Part shown: positions 20,466 through 30,010 of the stretch, one piece after another
Position numbering within the stretch: the stretch's first letter is position 1
Layout: every line of letters starts with the position of its first letter
Source: Deltaproteobacteria bacterium
GTDB lineage: Bacteria > Desulfobacterota > Desulfobulbia > Desulfobulbales > Desulfocapsaceae
Length of the DNA stretch: 56,481 bases
Assembly (NCBI GenBank): GCA_019306075.1
Contig: JAFDME010000001.1
Location: 1-56,481, forward strand
Reading direction: 5' to 3'
The notes under the pieces: model-generated
The model's database searches: none
The model's input: only the letters and a program-made list of their open reading frames with translations
Told to the model about the DNA's origin: nothing
Program-made: the position numbers and the translations under genes

Positions 20466-21269
20466 TTAATTATCCCACCGGTTTTTTTTCTTTGACATTG
20501 AAGAATTGACAATTTTCACCTGAACATTATTTTGACGGCATAACTGAAGGAATCTGTCTGAGATACCATCATCGATAACCAGTATATCCAGATCAGTCAA
20601 ATTACCCACTATGATCGAAGCGCTCCGTTCCAACTTCGTCGAGTCAGTAACCATGATGATTGAGCGGGCATGCCGGATGATAGCCTGGGTTACACGGACT
20701 TCCCGTAAATCGTAATCAAAGAATTCACCGCTGTCATCAATTGCAGAACAACCGATAACCGCATAATCAAGTTTAAATTTATTTATAAATTCCTCAGTGC
20801 TTGAACCTACAATACCGCCATCAGACCGGCGAATCGTGCCGCCGGCAATCATCACCTCAATGCCGGGTGATGGCCACAATATACTTGCCACATTGATGCA
20901 ATTTGTAATCACCAGCATATCTCTATGATCCACCAGAAATTCTGCTACACGTTCAGTAGTGGTTCCAATATTGATATACATAGAAGAATTATCCGGGATA
21001 ATTCCAGCCGCAAGTTTACCTATTTCTGCCTTTTCAGCAGCCAGCAGAATTTTTCTGGCACCATATCCGAGATTTTCCACACTCTCTTTTATAACAGCAC
21101 CGCCATGTACACGCTGAACCAGTTCAAGCTCGTATAACCGGTTTAGGTCACGGCGAATGGTCTGCGGAGTAACCTGCAGATTCGCTGACAGGTCACTCAC
21201 CTGCACGGAACCATTTTCGCGGATAAAATCCATAATTGAACGCTGTCGCCTGCTTATATCAGCCGGCAT
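20466..21269 (-). CDS. glpR: DeoR/GlpR family repressor (paralog 2)
   Basis: VTPQTIRRDL, RVHGGA, INIGTTTE; stop codon abuts the glpS start codon. Confidence 0.85.
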   Translation of the reverse strand: MPADISRRQRSIMDFIRENGSVQVSDLSANLQVTPQTIRRDLNRLYELELVQRVHGGAVIKESVENLGYGARKILLAAEKAEIGKLAAGIIPDNSSMYINIGTTTERVAEFLVDHRDMLVITNCINVASILWPSPGIEVMIAGGTIRRSDGGIVGSSTEEFINKFKLDYAVIGCSAIDDSGEFFDYDLREVRVTQAIIRHARSIIMVTDSTKLERSASIIVGNLTDLDILVIDDGISDRFLQLCRQNNVQVKIVNSSMSKKKNRWDN

Positions 21270-21351
21270 GATTAAACCCGGCCGATGTCGTATAAACTCT
21301 TCATATATTTTTTATGGTAAGCCCATCAGAGGTGCACTCGAGGTACAGCAT

Positions 21352-21558
21352 GTATCTTGATTACTGCTGAACCCCGGCTTCATTATCCGGTTGCTTTCGG
21401 TGTTGCTGCGGGATATCGGCAACCGTCCACGCTCATACCTTGCTGCGGGATTATTTGTCGGCATCCGGCTATAACCCCGGCATCGGCTTGATCAGAGAAA
21501 GAGCGCATGTTGGCAGCTGAGTTTGAATAGTGACTAAGAAATATAATATGGAATTCTC
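21352..21558 (-). repeat. Non-coding repeat family B, copy 3 (between glpV terminator and glpR2)
   Basis: Reverse complement aligns with 10690-10872 and 12080-12185. Confidence 0.75.
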
Positions 21559-21582
21559 ATCCTGGTCAGCTCATTTTTACTG

Positions 21583-21614
21583 AAAACCGGGGCCTGCAGT
21601 GAAGCAGACCCCGG
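21583..21614 (-). terminator. Intrinsic terminator after glpV
   Basis: Minus strand CCGGGGTCTGC-loop-GCAGGCCCCGG-TTTT about 30 bp after the stop codon. Confidence 0.7.
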
Positions 21615-21641
21615 CACTTCTTACCGATTACTCAGGAAATA

Positions 21642-23372
21642 TTACTTTTTCCAGCGTTTAACCAGTTCATCGTAACTGATTGTCTCTCCTTTAGGCTTTT
21701 CATTACTCAGCTTGGCCTTTGGTGAACCGGGCTTATTAAGCCATTCATTCGGATCGACTTTCGGATTCAGACGCGGACCACAGCCACCGTAAGTTTTGGC
21801 TCTTTCATCCGCTTTCTGCATACGGGCCATAACCAGATCCATTTCTTCAGCCAGACGATCCATGGCCTGCTGTGGAGTAAAAGCACCGGAATTCACATCA
21901 CCGATCTGCTGCCACCAGATTTGCGCCAGCTTGGGATAATCAGGGACGTTGATACCGGTAGGTGACCACATGACTCTGTCAGGAGAGCGATAAAATTCAA
22001 CCAGCCCGCCGAGCTTCGGTGCTCGTTCAGTAAATGATTTATCATTAATGGTACTCTCACGAATAAATGTCAGGCCGACATGGCTTTTCTTGACATCCAC
22101 GGTCTTGGAAACCACAAACTGCGCATAAAGCCACGCAGCTTTACGACGGTCAACAGGCGTTGACTTGAACAGAGTCCAGGAACCGGCATCCTGATAACCC
22201 AGTTTCTGCCCTTCCACCCAGTAGGGGCCATGTGGAGAAGGAGCCATGCGCCATAAAGGCTTGCCGCTGTCATCGACGGTATTATTACCTTCAGACTTAG
22301 GGGCCACCATCGATGCTGTAAACGCAGTATACCAGAAAATCTGCTGTGCTACGTTACCCTGAGAGAGGGCCGGCAGAGACTGATAAAAGTCATAACTGGC
22401 GGCGCCTGGAGGGGCATATTTACGCAGCCACTCATCCCATTTACGGATAGCGTAGACGGCCGCAGGACTATTAGCAGCACCCCCGCGCGAAACTGAAGCA
22501 CCTACAGGGTTACAAGTCCCTTTTTCCATACGAATGCCCCATTCATCTACAGGGACACCATTAGGTAAACCTTTGCTGCCCTCGCCGGCCATGGATAACC
22601 ATGCATCCGTCATACGCCAGCCGAGGTCAGGAGCACGCTTACCGTAATCCATATGTCCAAAAACTTTTACGCCATCAATCTCCTTGACGTGAACTGAGAA
22701 AAATTCAGCGATGTCTTCATAAGCTGACCAATTTACAGGTACGCCCAGATCATAGCCGTAAAGTTTCTTAAATTTCTTCTGCAGTTCAGGACGATCAAAC
22801 CAGTCTTTGCGAAACCAGTAGAGATTGGCAAACTGCTGATCGGGTAACTGGTAAAGTTTTCCGTCAGGTCCGGTAGTAAATGACTTACCTATAAAGTCAT
22901 CAACATCCAGCGACGGATTAGTGACATCCTTACCTTCACCGGCCATCCAGTCAGTCAGGTTAACTGCCAGCTGCAGACGTGAATGAGTACCAATTAAATC
23001 GGAATCGTTGATATAAGCGTCATACAGATTCCGCTTGGTCTGCATCTGTGTCTGAACAGCCTGTACCACTTCACCCTCACCAAGCAGCTGGTGATTAACT
23101 TTAATTCCGGTAATTTCCTCGAATGCCTTAGTGAGTGTTTTAGACTCATATTCATGTGTTGGAATCGTTTCCGACAACACATTAATTTCCATACCCTTGA
23201 AAGGTTTTGCGGCGTTAACGAACCAGTCCATCTCCTTTAACTGTTCGGCTTTAGTCAAAGACGATGGTTGAAACTCATCATTAACCCATTTTTTTGCCTC
23301 ATCCATGCCGGCATAAACATTTTGAACGCCCAGTACAGCTACAGCAGTAATCAGCACAATCTTCTTCAACAT
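21642..23372 (-). CDS. glpV: Glycerol ABC transporter substrate-binding protein
   Basis: Signal peptide; EFQPSSL, SETIPTHEYES, QLPDQQFANLYWFR, SPHGPYW, PDYPKLAQIWW; context between glpK and the ABC genes. Confidence 0.9.
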   Translation of the reverse strand: MLKKIVLITAVAVLGVQNVYAGMDEAKKWVNDEFQPSSLTKAEQLKEMDWFVNAAKPFKGMEINVLSETIPTHEYESKTLTKAFEEITGIKVNHQLLGEGEVVQAVQTQMQTKRNLYDAYINDSDLIGTHSRLQLAVNLTDWMAGEGKDVTNPSLDVDDFIGKSFTTGPDGKLYQLPDQQFANLYWFRKDWFDRPELQKKFKKLYGYDLGVPVNWSAYEDIAEFFSVHVKEIDGVKVFGHMDYGKRAPDLGWRMTDAWLSMAGEGSKGLPNGVPVDEWGIRMEKGTCNPVGASVSRGGAANSPAAVYAIRKWDEWLRKYAPPGAASYDFYQSLPALSQGNVAQQIFWYTAFTASMVAPKSEGNNTVDDSGKPLWRMAPSPHGPYWVEGQKLGYQDAGSWTLFKSTPVDRRKAAWLYAQFVVSKTVDVKKSHVGLTFIRESTINDKSFTERAPKLGGLVEFYRSPDRVMWSPTGINVPDYPKLAQIWWQQIGDVNSGAFTPQQAMDRLAEEMDLVMARMQKADERAKTYGGCGPRLNPKVDPNEWLNKPGSPKAKLSNEKPKGETISYDELVKRWKK

Positions 23373-23404
23373 AAGGCTCCTCCTGTTTCTATTGGTTGAT
23401 CTGA

Positions 23405-23470
23405 TTTGCGAAAATTACACTCGTTTTTTCGTAATGTCAATAATACCTTTTCGAAATGTTCGAAAAGTGA
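23405..23470 (-). promoter_or_regulatory. Putative sigma70 promoter of glpV overlapped by candidate GlpR operator sites
   Basis: Minus strand TTGACA (23440-23435)-17 bp-TAATTT; near-palindrome TTTTCGAAATGTTCGAAAA (23448-23466) containing ATGTTCG; additional CGAAA/TTCG units across the promoter. Confidence 0.6.
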
Positions 23471-23685
23471 TAGATAGTTGCATTATATGAAAATCATATG
23501 CTCCACCAGAAAAGAGGCAATCACATAAGTCTGTTACAACAATTTACGACCTGCGGAAACGTCAGGCAACAGTTCATCGACTCCCGGATTCATTACTTTC
23601 ACAGGGTCAGGACGGTACCAGTCAAAATCTCCTGGCTTTCTCCATGGCCCCTGACAATCTATCATTTTTTTGCTGTTTTCTTATC

Positions 23686-23859
23686 TGACCCGAATAAATC
23701 GGAATTTTTTTTAGTATGACTGGATAAGTACCATGGTGCTATACATAGGCACATAATTTCAAAATACACTCCTCAATTTCTCGGAGTCGGAGTTTATGCC
23801 CTGGTTTTTAAGGGTGCTTACCTGTTTTTTATTACAGAAGTTCTGGAGTAAGGTACTAA
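23686..23859 (+). repeat. Dispersed intergenic repeat family A, copy 2 (long variant, upstream of glpK)
   Basis: Starts ACCCGAATAAATCGGA..CTGGATAAGTACC; ends CTTACCTGTTTTTTATTACAGAAGTTCTGGAGTAAGGTACTAA. Confidence 0.75.
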
Positions 23860-23891
23860 ATGCCTGACACCAATGCTCAAGGAGGAATACA

Positions 23892-25382
23892 ATGCCTGCA
23901 CATATACTCGCAATAGACCAGGGAACTACCTCCAGTCGTGCAATTATCTTCAACGATCAGTTTGGGATAGTTGCTTCAGCGCAACAGGAATTTGAACAGT
24001 TTTTCCCCCGCTCCGGATGGGTGGAGCATGACCCTGAGAAAATCTGGAGCAGCACACTGGCCACATGCCGGCAGGCATTAAAAAAAGCAGCACTGTCTGC
24101 TTCAGAAATAACCGCCATCGGTATAACAAATCAGAGGGAAACCACTGTCATATGGGACAGAGATACGGGCAAGGCTGTCTATAACGCTATTGTATGGCAG
24201 GATCGCAGAACTGCCGAATTCTGCAGAAAGTTAAGAGACGCAGGACATCAGCACCTGGTAACTTCAAAGACCGGCTTGTTGCTCGACCCCTATTTCTCCG
24301 GCACCAAAATAAACTGGATACTCAATAACGTCGAAGGTGCTAAAGAAAAAGCCCTGGCCGGCAAACTTGCCTTCGGCACCATTGATACCTTTCTCCTCTG
24401 GCGACTGACCGGAGGAACGGAACATGTGACGGATGCCACTAATGGTTCCCGAACCATGCTCTATAATATTCATGATGACTGCTGGGACGACGAGCTTCTC
24501 AGGCTTCTTGATATCCCCGCATCACTCCTGCCGGAAGTTAAAGACTCTTCCGCTGATTTCGGCAGCACCATCCAGTCACTTTTTGGTAACCCTATTCCCA
24601 TTCGAGGGATCGCCGGGGATCAGCAGGCTGCTCTGGTGGGTCAGGCATGCTTTGATCCCGGGATGGTTAAATCCACCTATGGCACCGGCTGCTTTATTGT
24701 ACTCAACACCGGCAGTGAGCCTGTCTCATCAACCAATAAACTGCTCACTACCGTAGGTTATCGCCTGGACGGTGTCACGACCTATGCTCTTGAAGGTTCT
24801 ATTTTTGTGGCAGGAGCCGCTGTCCAGTGGATGCGGGATGCAATGGGGCTTATTGACAACGCCTTTGAAGCCGGAACCCTTGCCCGCAAAGCGGACATAA
24901 ATCAGGATGTCTACCTGGTTCCCGCCTTTACCGGACTCGGAGCACCCCATTGGGATCCTGATGCACGCGGAGCAATTTTCGGCATCACCAGGGCAACAGG
25001 ACCCGCTGAACTCTCACGGGCAGCCCTGGAGTCTGTCTGCTATCAGACCCGCGACCTTCTTGAGGCAATGGCTGGCGACTGGGAGGGTATGGGGGACACT
25101 GTACTGAGGGTGGATGGCGGTATGGTGGCCTCAAACTATACCATGCAGTTTCTGGCAGATATCCTCAATGCCCCAGTGGACAGGCCGATGGTTCTTGAAA
25201 CAACGGCGGTGGGTGCAGCCTACCTTGCAGGACTGTATGAAGGAATCTTCCCGTCCCCAAAAAAGTGGAGTACAGAGTGGAAACGGGATAAACGTTTTGA
25301 ACCATCTATAGATGAGCCGCTGAGAAGCAGAAAGTATAGTGGCTGGAAGGACGCTGTGGCCAGGACTTTAACAACGAGATAA
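23892..25382 (+). CDS. glpK: Glycerol kinase
   Basis: [54 protein letters not shown]; AAGGAGG RBS. Confidence 0.97.
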   Translation: MPAHILAIDQGTTSSRAIIFNDQFGIVASAQQEFEQFFPRSGWVEHDPEKIWSSTLATCRQALKKAALSASEITAIGITNQRETTVIWDRDTGKAVYNAIVWQDRRTAEFCRKLRDAGHQHLVTSKTGLLLDPYFSGTKINWILNNVEGAKEKALAGKLAFGTIDTFLLWRLTGGTEHVTDATNGSRTMLYNIHDDCWDDELLRLLDIPASLLPEVKDSSADFGSTIQSLFGNPIPIRGIAGDQQAALVGQACFDPGMVKSTYGTGCFIVLNTGSEPVSSTNKLLTTVGYRLDGVTTYALEGSIFVAGAAVQWMRDAMGLIDNAFEAGTLARKADINQDVYLVPAFTGLGAPHWDPDARGAIFGITRATGPAELSRAALESVCYQTRDLLEAMAGDWEGMGDTVLRVDGGMVASNYTMQFLADILNAPVDRPMVLETTAVGAAYLAGLYEGIFPSPKKWSTEWKRDKRFEPSIDEPLRSRKYSGWKDAVARTLTTR

Positions 25383-25653
25383 CCGCAATGAGCCTGCATG
25401 CGGGGGGGCAGAAGAACTTTCTCCGGGTCCCCTTCACCTGCAGACGCAGTTCTGTTAACCCGTATTTCCCATGAACCGGCTATGGTTGTTGCCTCAGAGA
25501 CAAAACCTATCCTCACACAGTTATCGGCAGCTGAAGAATAGTTTCGGTTATAACCGTTTTCACCTTCAATCGAACTTTTGTTCATTTTCACTTGAACTAT
25601 CGAACCAACAGGATTACAAGTTAACAAAGAGAAAAATTGTGCGATCAAATATC

Positions 25654-27240
25654 ATGACAGAAAAGCCTACAGAACAAACTATCGAGACAGAAGTCCTGAT
25701 CATCGGCGGTGGTGTTACCGGTGCCGGTATCATGCGCGATCTTTCGCTCAGAGGAATTCAGACTCTGCTTATCGACAAAAAGGATCTATGTGCAGGCGCC
25801 TCCGGTGGAAATCATGGCCTGCTCCACTCAGGCAGCAGGTATGTCTTCAGTGACCTCCATTCGGCAATTGAATGCAGGAGAGAGAGTACTATTCTCAAGC
25901 ATATTGCCCCCCAGTGTATCGAAGAAACCGGGGGGCTTTTTGTTGCTGTTGCAGGAGACGACCCGGAGTTTGCGGAAAACTTTGGATCAAAGTGTGAACC
26001 TGCCGGAATAGAGTGTACTCCAATATCTACCTCCAAAGCCAGGGAGCTGGAGCCACTTCTCTCTGACCGACTTTTCAAAGCGTACAGAGTGCCGGATGCA
26101 ACTGTTGACCCATTCCATCTGGCTCTCCTCAATGTAGCTCATGCCGAAATGGTAAACGGCAGCTCTTTTCGGCCACATACCGAAATCCTCTCTTTCATAT
26201 GCAAAAATGGAAAAATAGAGGCGGCAATCTGCCGAGATAACAGAACACAGTCCACCATAACCGTTCGGGCTGGGCAGTACGTTAATGCAGGTGGGGCCTG
26301 GGCCATGGATATTGCCCATATGGCGAACTGTAAAGATGTCAATCTTCTCTACTCCAAGGGCACCCTCCTGGTCAGTCATGATCGGCTGACAACCCATGTG
26401 GTCAACCGATTGCGCCCCCCGGGAGATGGCGACATTCTGGTGCCTGGAGGCACAGTCTCTGTTCTGGGCACCACATCTCTGCGGGTCGATGATCTGACAA
26501 CAGTCAAGCCAACCGTTGCAGAAATCGATATCAACGTCCGGGAAGGAACAGCGATGATACCGGCGCTTGCCACAGCAAGATATATCAGGGCATTTTCCGG
26601 AGTACGCCCCCTTCTACAGAGTGCTGACAATGCTGATGACAGGGAAGTAACCAGAGGTTTTGCCCTGCTCGACCACTCCTCACAGAACCTCTCCAACTTC
26701 TGCACAATTACCGGAGGTAAATTGACCACATACAGGTTAATGGCTGAAAAAACATCAGACCTGATTGCTGAACGAATGCACAACAGCAAACCATGCCAGA
26801 CTCATACAACCTCTCTGCCCGATGAGGAGAGCTGCCGCTGGACAGAACCGGGAGCCTCTCCTAAATACTGGTATAGAGCGAACGATCCGGAGGATATGAT
26901 CCTCTGCGAATGCGAGATGGTACCTCAATCGGCAATTGATGAAATCATCACAGATGCACCCGGTGCCGAAGATGAAATGAACCTTGAAGCCATTGCGCTC
27001 CGTTCCCGTGCCGGCAAAGGACCGTGCCAGGGATCTTTCTGCGGCATCCGTATCACCTCCCACCTTTATGACCGGGGGCATTACCATGACAAAACCGGGC
27101 TCATCCATATGCGTGATTTCTTCAATGAACGTTTCAAAGGGATGCGGACCATCATCTGGGGACAGCAGGCTGCCCAGATGGAGCTGGCAGAGGCACTGCA
27201 TTGCGGGCTCCTTGGCCTGAACAACTTAGAAGATGACTGA
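25654..27240 (+). CDS. glpA: Anaerobic glycerol-3-phosphate dehydrogenase subunit A
   Basis: IGGGVTGAG, GNHGLLHSGSRY, GGKLTTYRLMAE, C-terminal CECE...GPCQGSFC Fe-S motif; start placed at ATG 25654. Confidence 0.92.
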   Translation: MTEKPTEQTIETEVLIIGGGVTGAGIMRDLSLRGIQTLLIDKKDLCAGASGGNHGLLHSGSRYVFSDLHSAIECRRESTILKHIAPQCIEETGGLFVAVAGDDPEFAENFGSKCEPAGIECTPISTSKARELEPLLSDRLFKAYRVPDATVDPFHLALLNVAHAEMVNGSSFRPHTEILSFICKNGKIEAAICRDNRTQSTITVRAGQYVNAGGAWAMDIAHMANCKDVNLLYSKGTLLVSHDRLTTHVVNRLRPPGDGDILVPGGTVSVLGTTSLRVDDLTTVKPTVAEIDINVREGTAMIPALATARYIRAFSGVRPLLQSADNADDREVTRGFALLDHSSQNLSNFCTITGGKLTTYRLMAEKTSDLIAERMHNSKPCQTHTTSLPDEESCRWTEPGASPKYWYRANDPEDMILCECEMVPQSAIDEIITDAPGAEDEMNLEAIALRSRAGKGPCQGSFCGIRITSHLYDRGHYHDKTGLIHMRDFFNERFKGMRTIIWGQQAAQMELAEALHCGLLGLNNLEDD

Positions 27241-27275
27241 GCACTCGGCCATCGCATACTTCCAACACCCTATTT

Positions 27276-28571
27276 ATGAGTCCATCCATGATTGAAGAAG
27301 CCAGGCATTTCACAGCGGAGCTGGCAGTTATCGGTTCAGGTCTTGCGGGTTTTGCAGCATCCATCTTTGCCCTGAACCGAAATATCAAAACTGCCCAGAT
27401 CGGCAACACAGGAGCAATAGCCTATACCACCGGATATCTGGACCTGCTTGGGTCCCTTGCACCTGACTACGCTGCCTCAATCGAGGATCCGTGGCAGGGT
27501 CTGGAACTGCTGCGCAGCTCCTATCCGGAACATCCACTTTGCCGTATCCCTCAAACTGACATACATACAGCCTTTGAGCAATTCACAGGTTTTCTGGGAG
27601 AATGCGGCATCAGTTACTCATCTCCCGGAAAAACAAACGCAAGAGTTCTCACCCCTGCGGGAACCCTCAAGCCCACCCTCTGCATGCCTGCAACTATGCA
27701 GATCGGGACCACCGCTTTTTCCCGACAAGAACCCTGTGTTATCATTGATTTTAAGGGATTAAAAGGTTTCAGCAGCAGCCAGATTGCAGCCAACCTGAAA
27801 GACCAGTGGCCGGAACTCAGAAATACTACAATTGAATTCCCTGATATGAGCCTCGGAGAAATATACCCTGAAGTGATGGCACGTGCTCTTGAAGTCCCTG
27901 AAACCCGTGAGAAACTGGCAAAAATTCTGGTCGGAGCAGCAGGAGAGACAAAAATTATCGGTCTGCCGGCAATCCTCGGCATGCATTCTCCGGATCTGGT
28001 AAGAAAAGAGATGGAACAACTCACCGGACTGGAAATTTTTGAGATACCAACTATGCCGCCATCTGTTCCAGGAATTCGGTTACGGGAAATGTTTGAGCAG
28101 CTCTTCCCGCAAAAAGGAATCACCCTTATCCCACAGCAGAAAGTGGACAAACTGAAAATCGAGCAGGACGGAGCCCGGCTCTTTCTCAGTGATTCATTTG
28201 GGCCGATAACAGTTGACGCCAAAAGTGTTATCCTCGCCACCGGTCGTTTTCTGAGTGGAGGACTGGAGGCCAGCATCGACGGCATAACCGAACCTCTGCT
28301 TAACCTCCCTGTAACTCAACCGGGATCACGAGAGGAGTGGTACAGGGAAAAATATACAGACAGGCGAGGTCACGAAATCAACAAAGCGGGGATTGAGGTT
28401 GACGCCTCTTTCAGACCCCTGGATAACAACGGTGCCCCGTACAGCAATAATCTTTTCGCGGCGGGTGTTATTCTTGCCCACCAGGACTGGATTCGCGGTC
28501 GCTGTGGAGCGGGTGTTGCCATTGCCACGGCGTATAAGGCTGTAGAAGAAGTGGAAAAATACTTATCCTGA
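27276..28571 (+). CDS. glpB: Anaerobic glycerol-3-phosphate dehydrogenase subunit B
   Basis: VIGSGLAG, EIPTMPPSVPGIRL, LATGRFLSGGL, CGAGVAIATA; follows glpA. Confidence 0.92.
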   Translation: MSPSMIEEARHFTAELAVIGSGLAGFAASIFALNRNIKTAQIGNTGAIAYTTGYLDLLGSLAPDYAASIEDPWQGLELLRSSYPEHPLCRIPQTDIHTAFEQFTGFLGECGISYSSPGKTNARVLTPAGTLKPTLCMPATMQIGTTAFSRQEPCVIIDFKGLKGFSSSQIAANLKDQWPELRNTTIEFPDMSLGEIYPEVMARALEVPETREKLAKILVGAAGETKIIGLPAILGMHSPDLVRKEMEQLTGLEIFEIPTMPPSVPGIRLREMFEQLFPQKGITLIPQQKVDKLKIEQDGARLFLSDSFGPITVDAKSVILATGRFLSGGLEASIDGITEPLLNLPVTQPGSREEWYREKYTDRRGHEINKAGIEVDASFRPLDNNGAPYSNNLFAAGVILAHQDWIRGRCGAGVAIATAYKAVEEVEKYLS

Positions 28572-28604
28572 ACCTCATAAACATACCCTCTAAACGGAAT
28601 CAGC

Positions 28605-29882
28605 ATGGCGGAACCGACAATACCGACAATTAATTTTAAAGAAAAGGCTGAAGAACTGTTGCCGCAAGGGGCCAGTTTTGAATCCTGCCTGACCTGTGGC
28701 CTCTGCTCCTCCGGCTGCCCCGCGTCAGGCATTGAAAATATGGATCCCCGCAAATTCATTCGTATGGCTATGCTCGGTATGGACGAAGAGCTGTCCAGCA
28801 GTAAATGGATATGGGCGTGTACCCAGTGCAAACGCTGTCAACATGTCTGCCCCATGTCCATTGATATCTCCCAGCTGGTTTTTCTTGCCCGCAGCAACTG
28901 GCCCCAGGAGAAAAAACCGGCAGGTATTGTCCGCTCCTGCCAGCTCATCCAGTCAACCGACTCAACCAGCGCCATGGGACTGCCGCCAGAGGATTTTGTC
29001 TTTGTGGTCAATGACGTACTTGAAGAAGTTCGGGAATTACAGCCGAAATTCAAAAATTTAGAGGCACCTATGGATAAAAAAGGTGCCCACTTTTTCGTCA
29101 ATCAGAATTCTCGTGAACCGATGAGTGAACCGGATGAAATGGTCCCTCTATGGAAAATTTTCGATATTGTCGGCGCTGACTGGACATACTCATCGAAAGC
29201 ATGGGCCGCAGAAAATTTCTGCATGTTCTCAGGCAACGAAAAGGCTTGGTTTGAAGTGATCCGAAAAAGAGTCGATGCAGTGAATAAGCTTGGATGCGAA
29301 GTCTGGCTGAATACGGAATGTGGTCATTCCTACTACACAATGTGGAATGGTATCAACCGATTTGGCATGGAGGTTGATTTTAAACTTGAAAGCCTGGTAA
29401 CCTACTATGCCAGGTGGATCAGAGAAGGGAAATTACCGGTAAATTCAGATTGGAACAGAAAAAATATTAAATTTACAGTTCAGGACCCCTGTATGATCGT
29501 CAGAAAGGCCTACGGTGACTCGATCGCCGAGGATATGCGCTTTGTCACAAAGGCCCTGGTAGGCGAAGAGAATTTCATCGACATGCAACCTAATCGCAGT
29601 GCCAACTACTGCTGTGGAGGAGGGGGCGGTTTTTTACAGGCGGGCATGACTGAACATCGAAGAACCTACGGCAAACGAAAATTTGACCAGATAGCGGCAA
29701 CCGGTGCCGCTTATGTACTCACTCCCTGTCATAACTGTCACTCCCAGATGGAGGATATCGGCCATCACTATGGTGGCAGTTACGGAGTTGTCCACTTCTG
29801 GACTCTTATCTGTCTCTCTCTCGGTGTCCTCGGAGAAAATGAGCGAACATATCTTGGCCCCGATCTGCTTGAATGTATCTAA
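28605..29882 (+). CDS. HdrD-like Fe-S oxidoreductase (two 4Fe-4S motifs plus CCG domain), in the position of glpC
   Basis: CLTCGLCSSGCP, CTQCKRCQHVCP, TECGH, QDPC, CCGGGGG, TPCHNC. Confidence 0.85.
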   Translation: MAEPTIPTINFKEKAEELLPQGASFESCLTCGLCSSGCPASGIENMDPRKFIRMAMLGMDEELSSSKWIWACTQCKRCQHVCPMSIDISQLVFLARSNWPQEKKPAGIVRSCQLIQSTDSTSAMGLPPEDFVFVVNDVLEEVRELQPKFKNLEAPMDKKGAHFFVNQNSREPMSEPDEMVPLWKIFDIVGADWTYSSKAWAAENFCMFSGNEKAWFEVIRKRVDAVNKLGCEVWLNTECGHSYYTMWNGINRFGMEVDFKLESLVTYYARWIREGKLPVNSDWNRKNIKFTVQDPCMIVRKAYGDSIAEDMRFVTKALVGEENFIDMQPNRSANYCCGGGGGFLQAGMTEHRRTYGKRKFDQIAATGAAYVLTPCHNCHSQMEDIGHHYGGSYGVVHFWTLICLSLGVLGENERTYLGPDLLECI

Positions 29883-30010
29883 CCCGACAAGCCGGAAAAC
29901 TTTTTAGCTACACTGGATAAGTGCCTCCTTGCTGATATTCACCAAATTGATTTAATAGCATTTAATATTTTCTTGTTTTTTAATACAGCTTTTATCGAGT
30001 AAGGCACTAG
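29880..30010 (+). repeat. Dispersed intergenic repeat family A, copy 3; fills the whole gap between two convergent genes
   Basis: TAACCCGACAAGCCGG..CTGGATAAGTGCC...TTTTCTTGTTTTTTAATACAGCTTTTATCGAGTAAGGCACTAG; both ends coincide with stop codons. Confidence 0.8.

Noticed and set aside
23498-23719. 73-aa ORF between glpV and glpK
   Set aside because: No RBS or motif; ends inside a repeat copy
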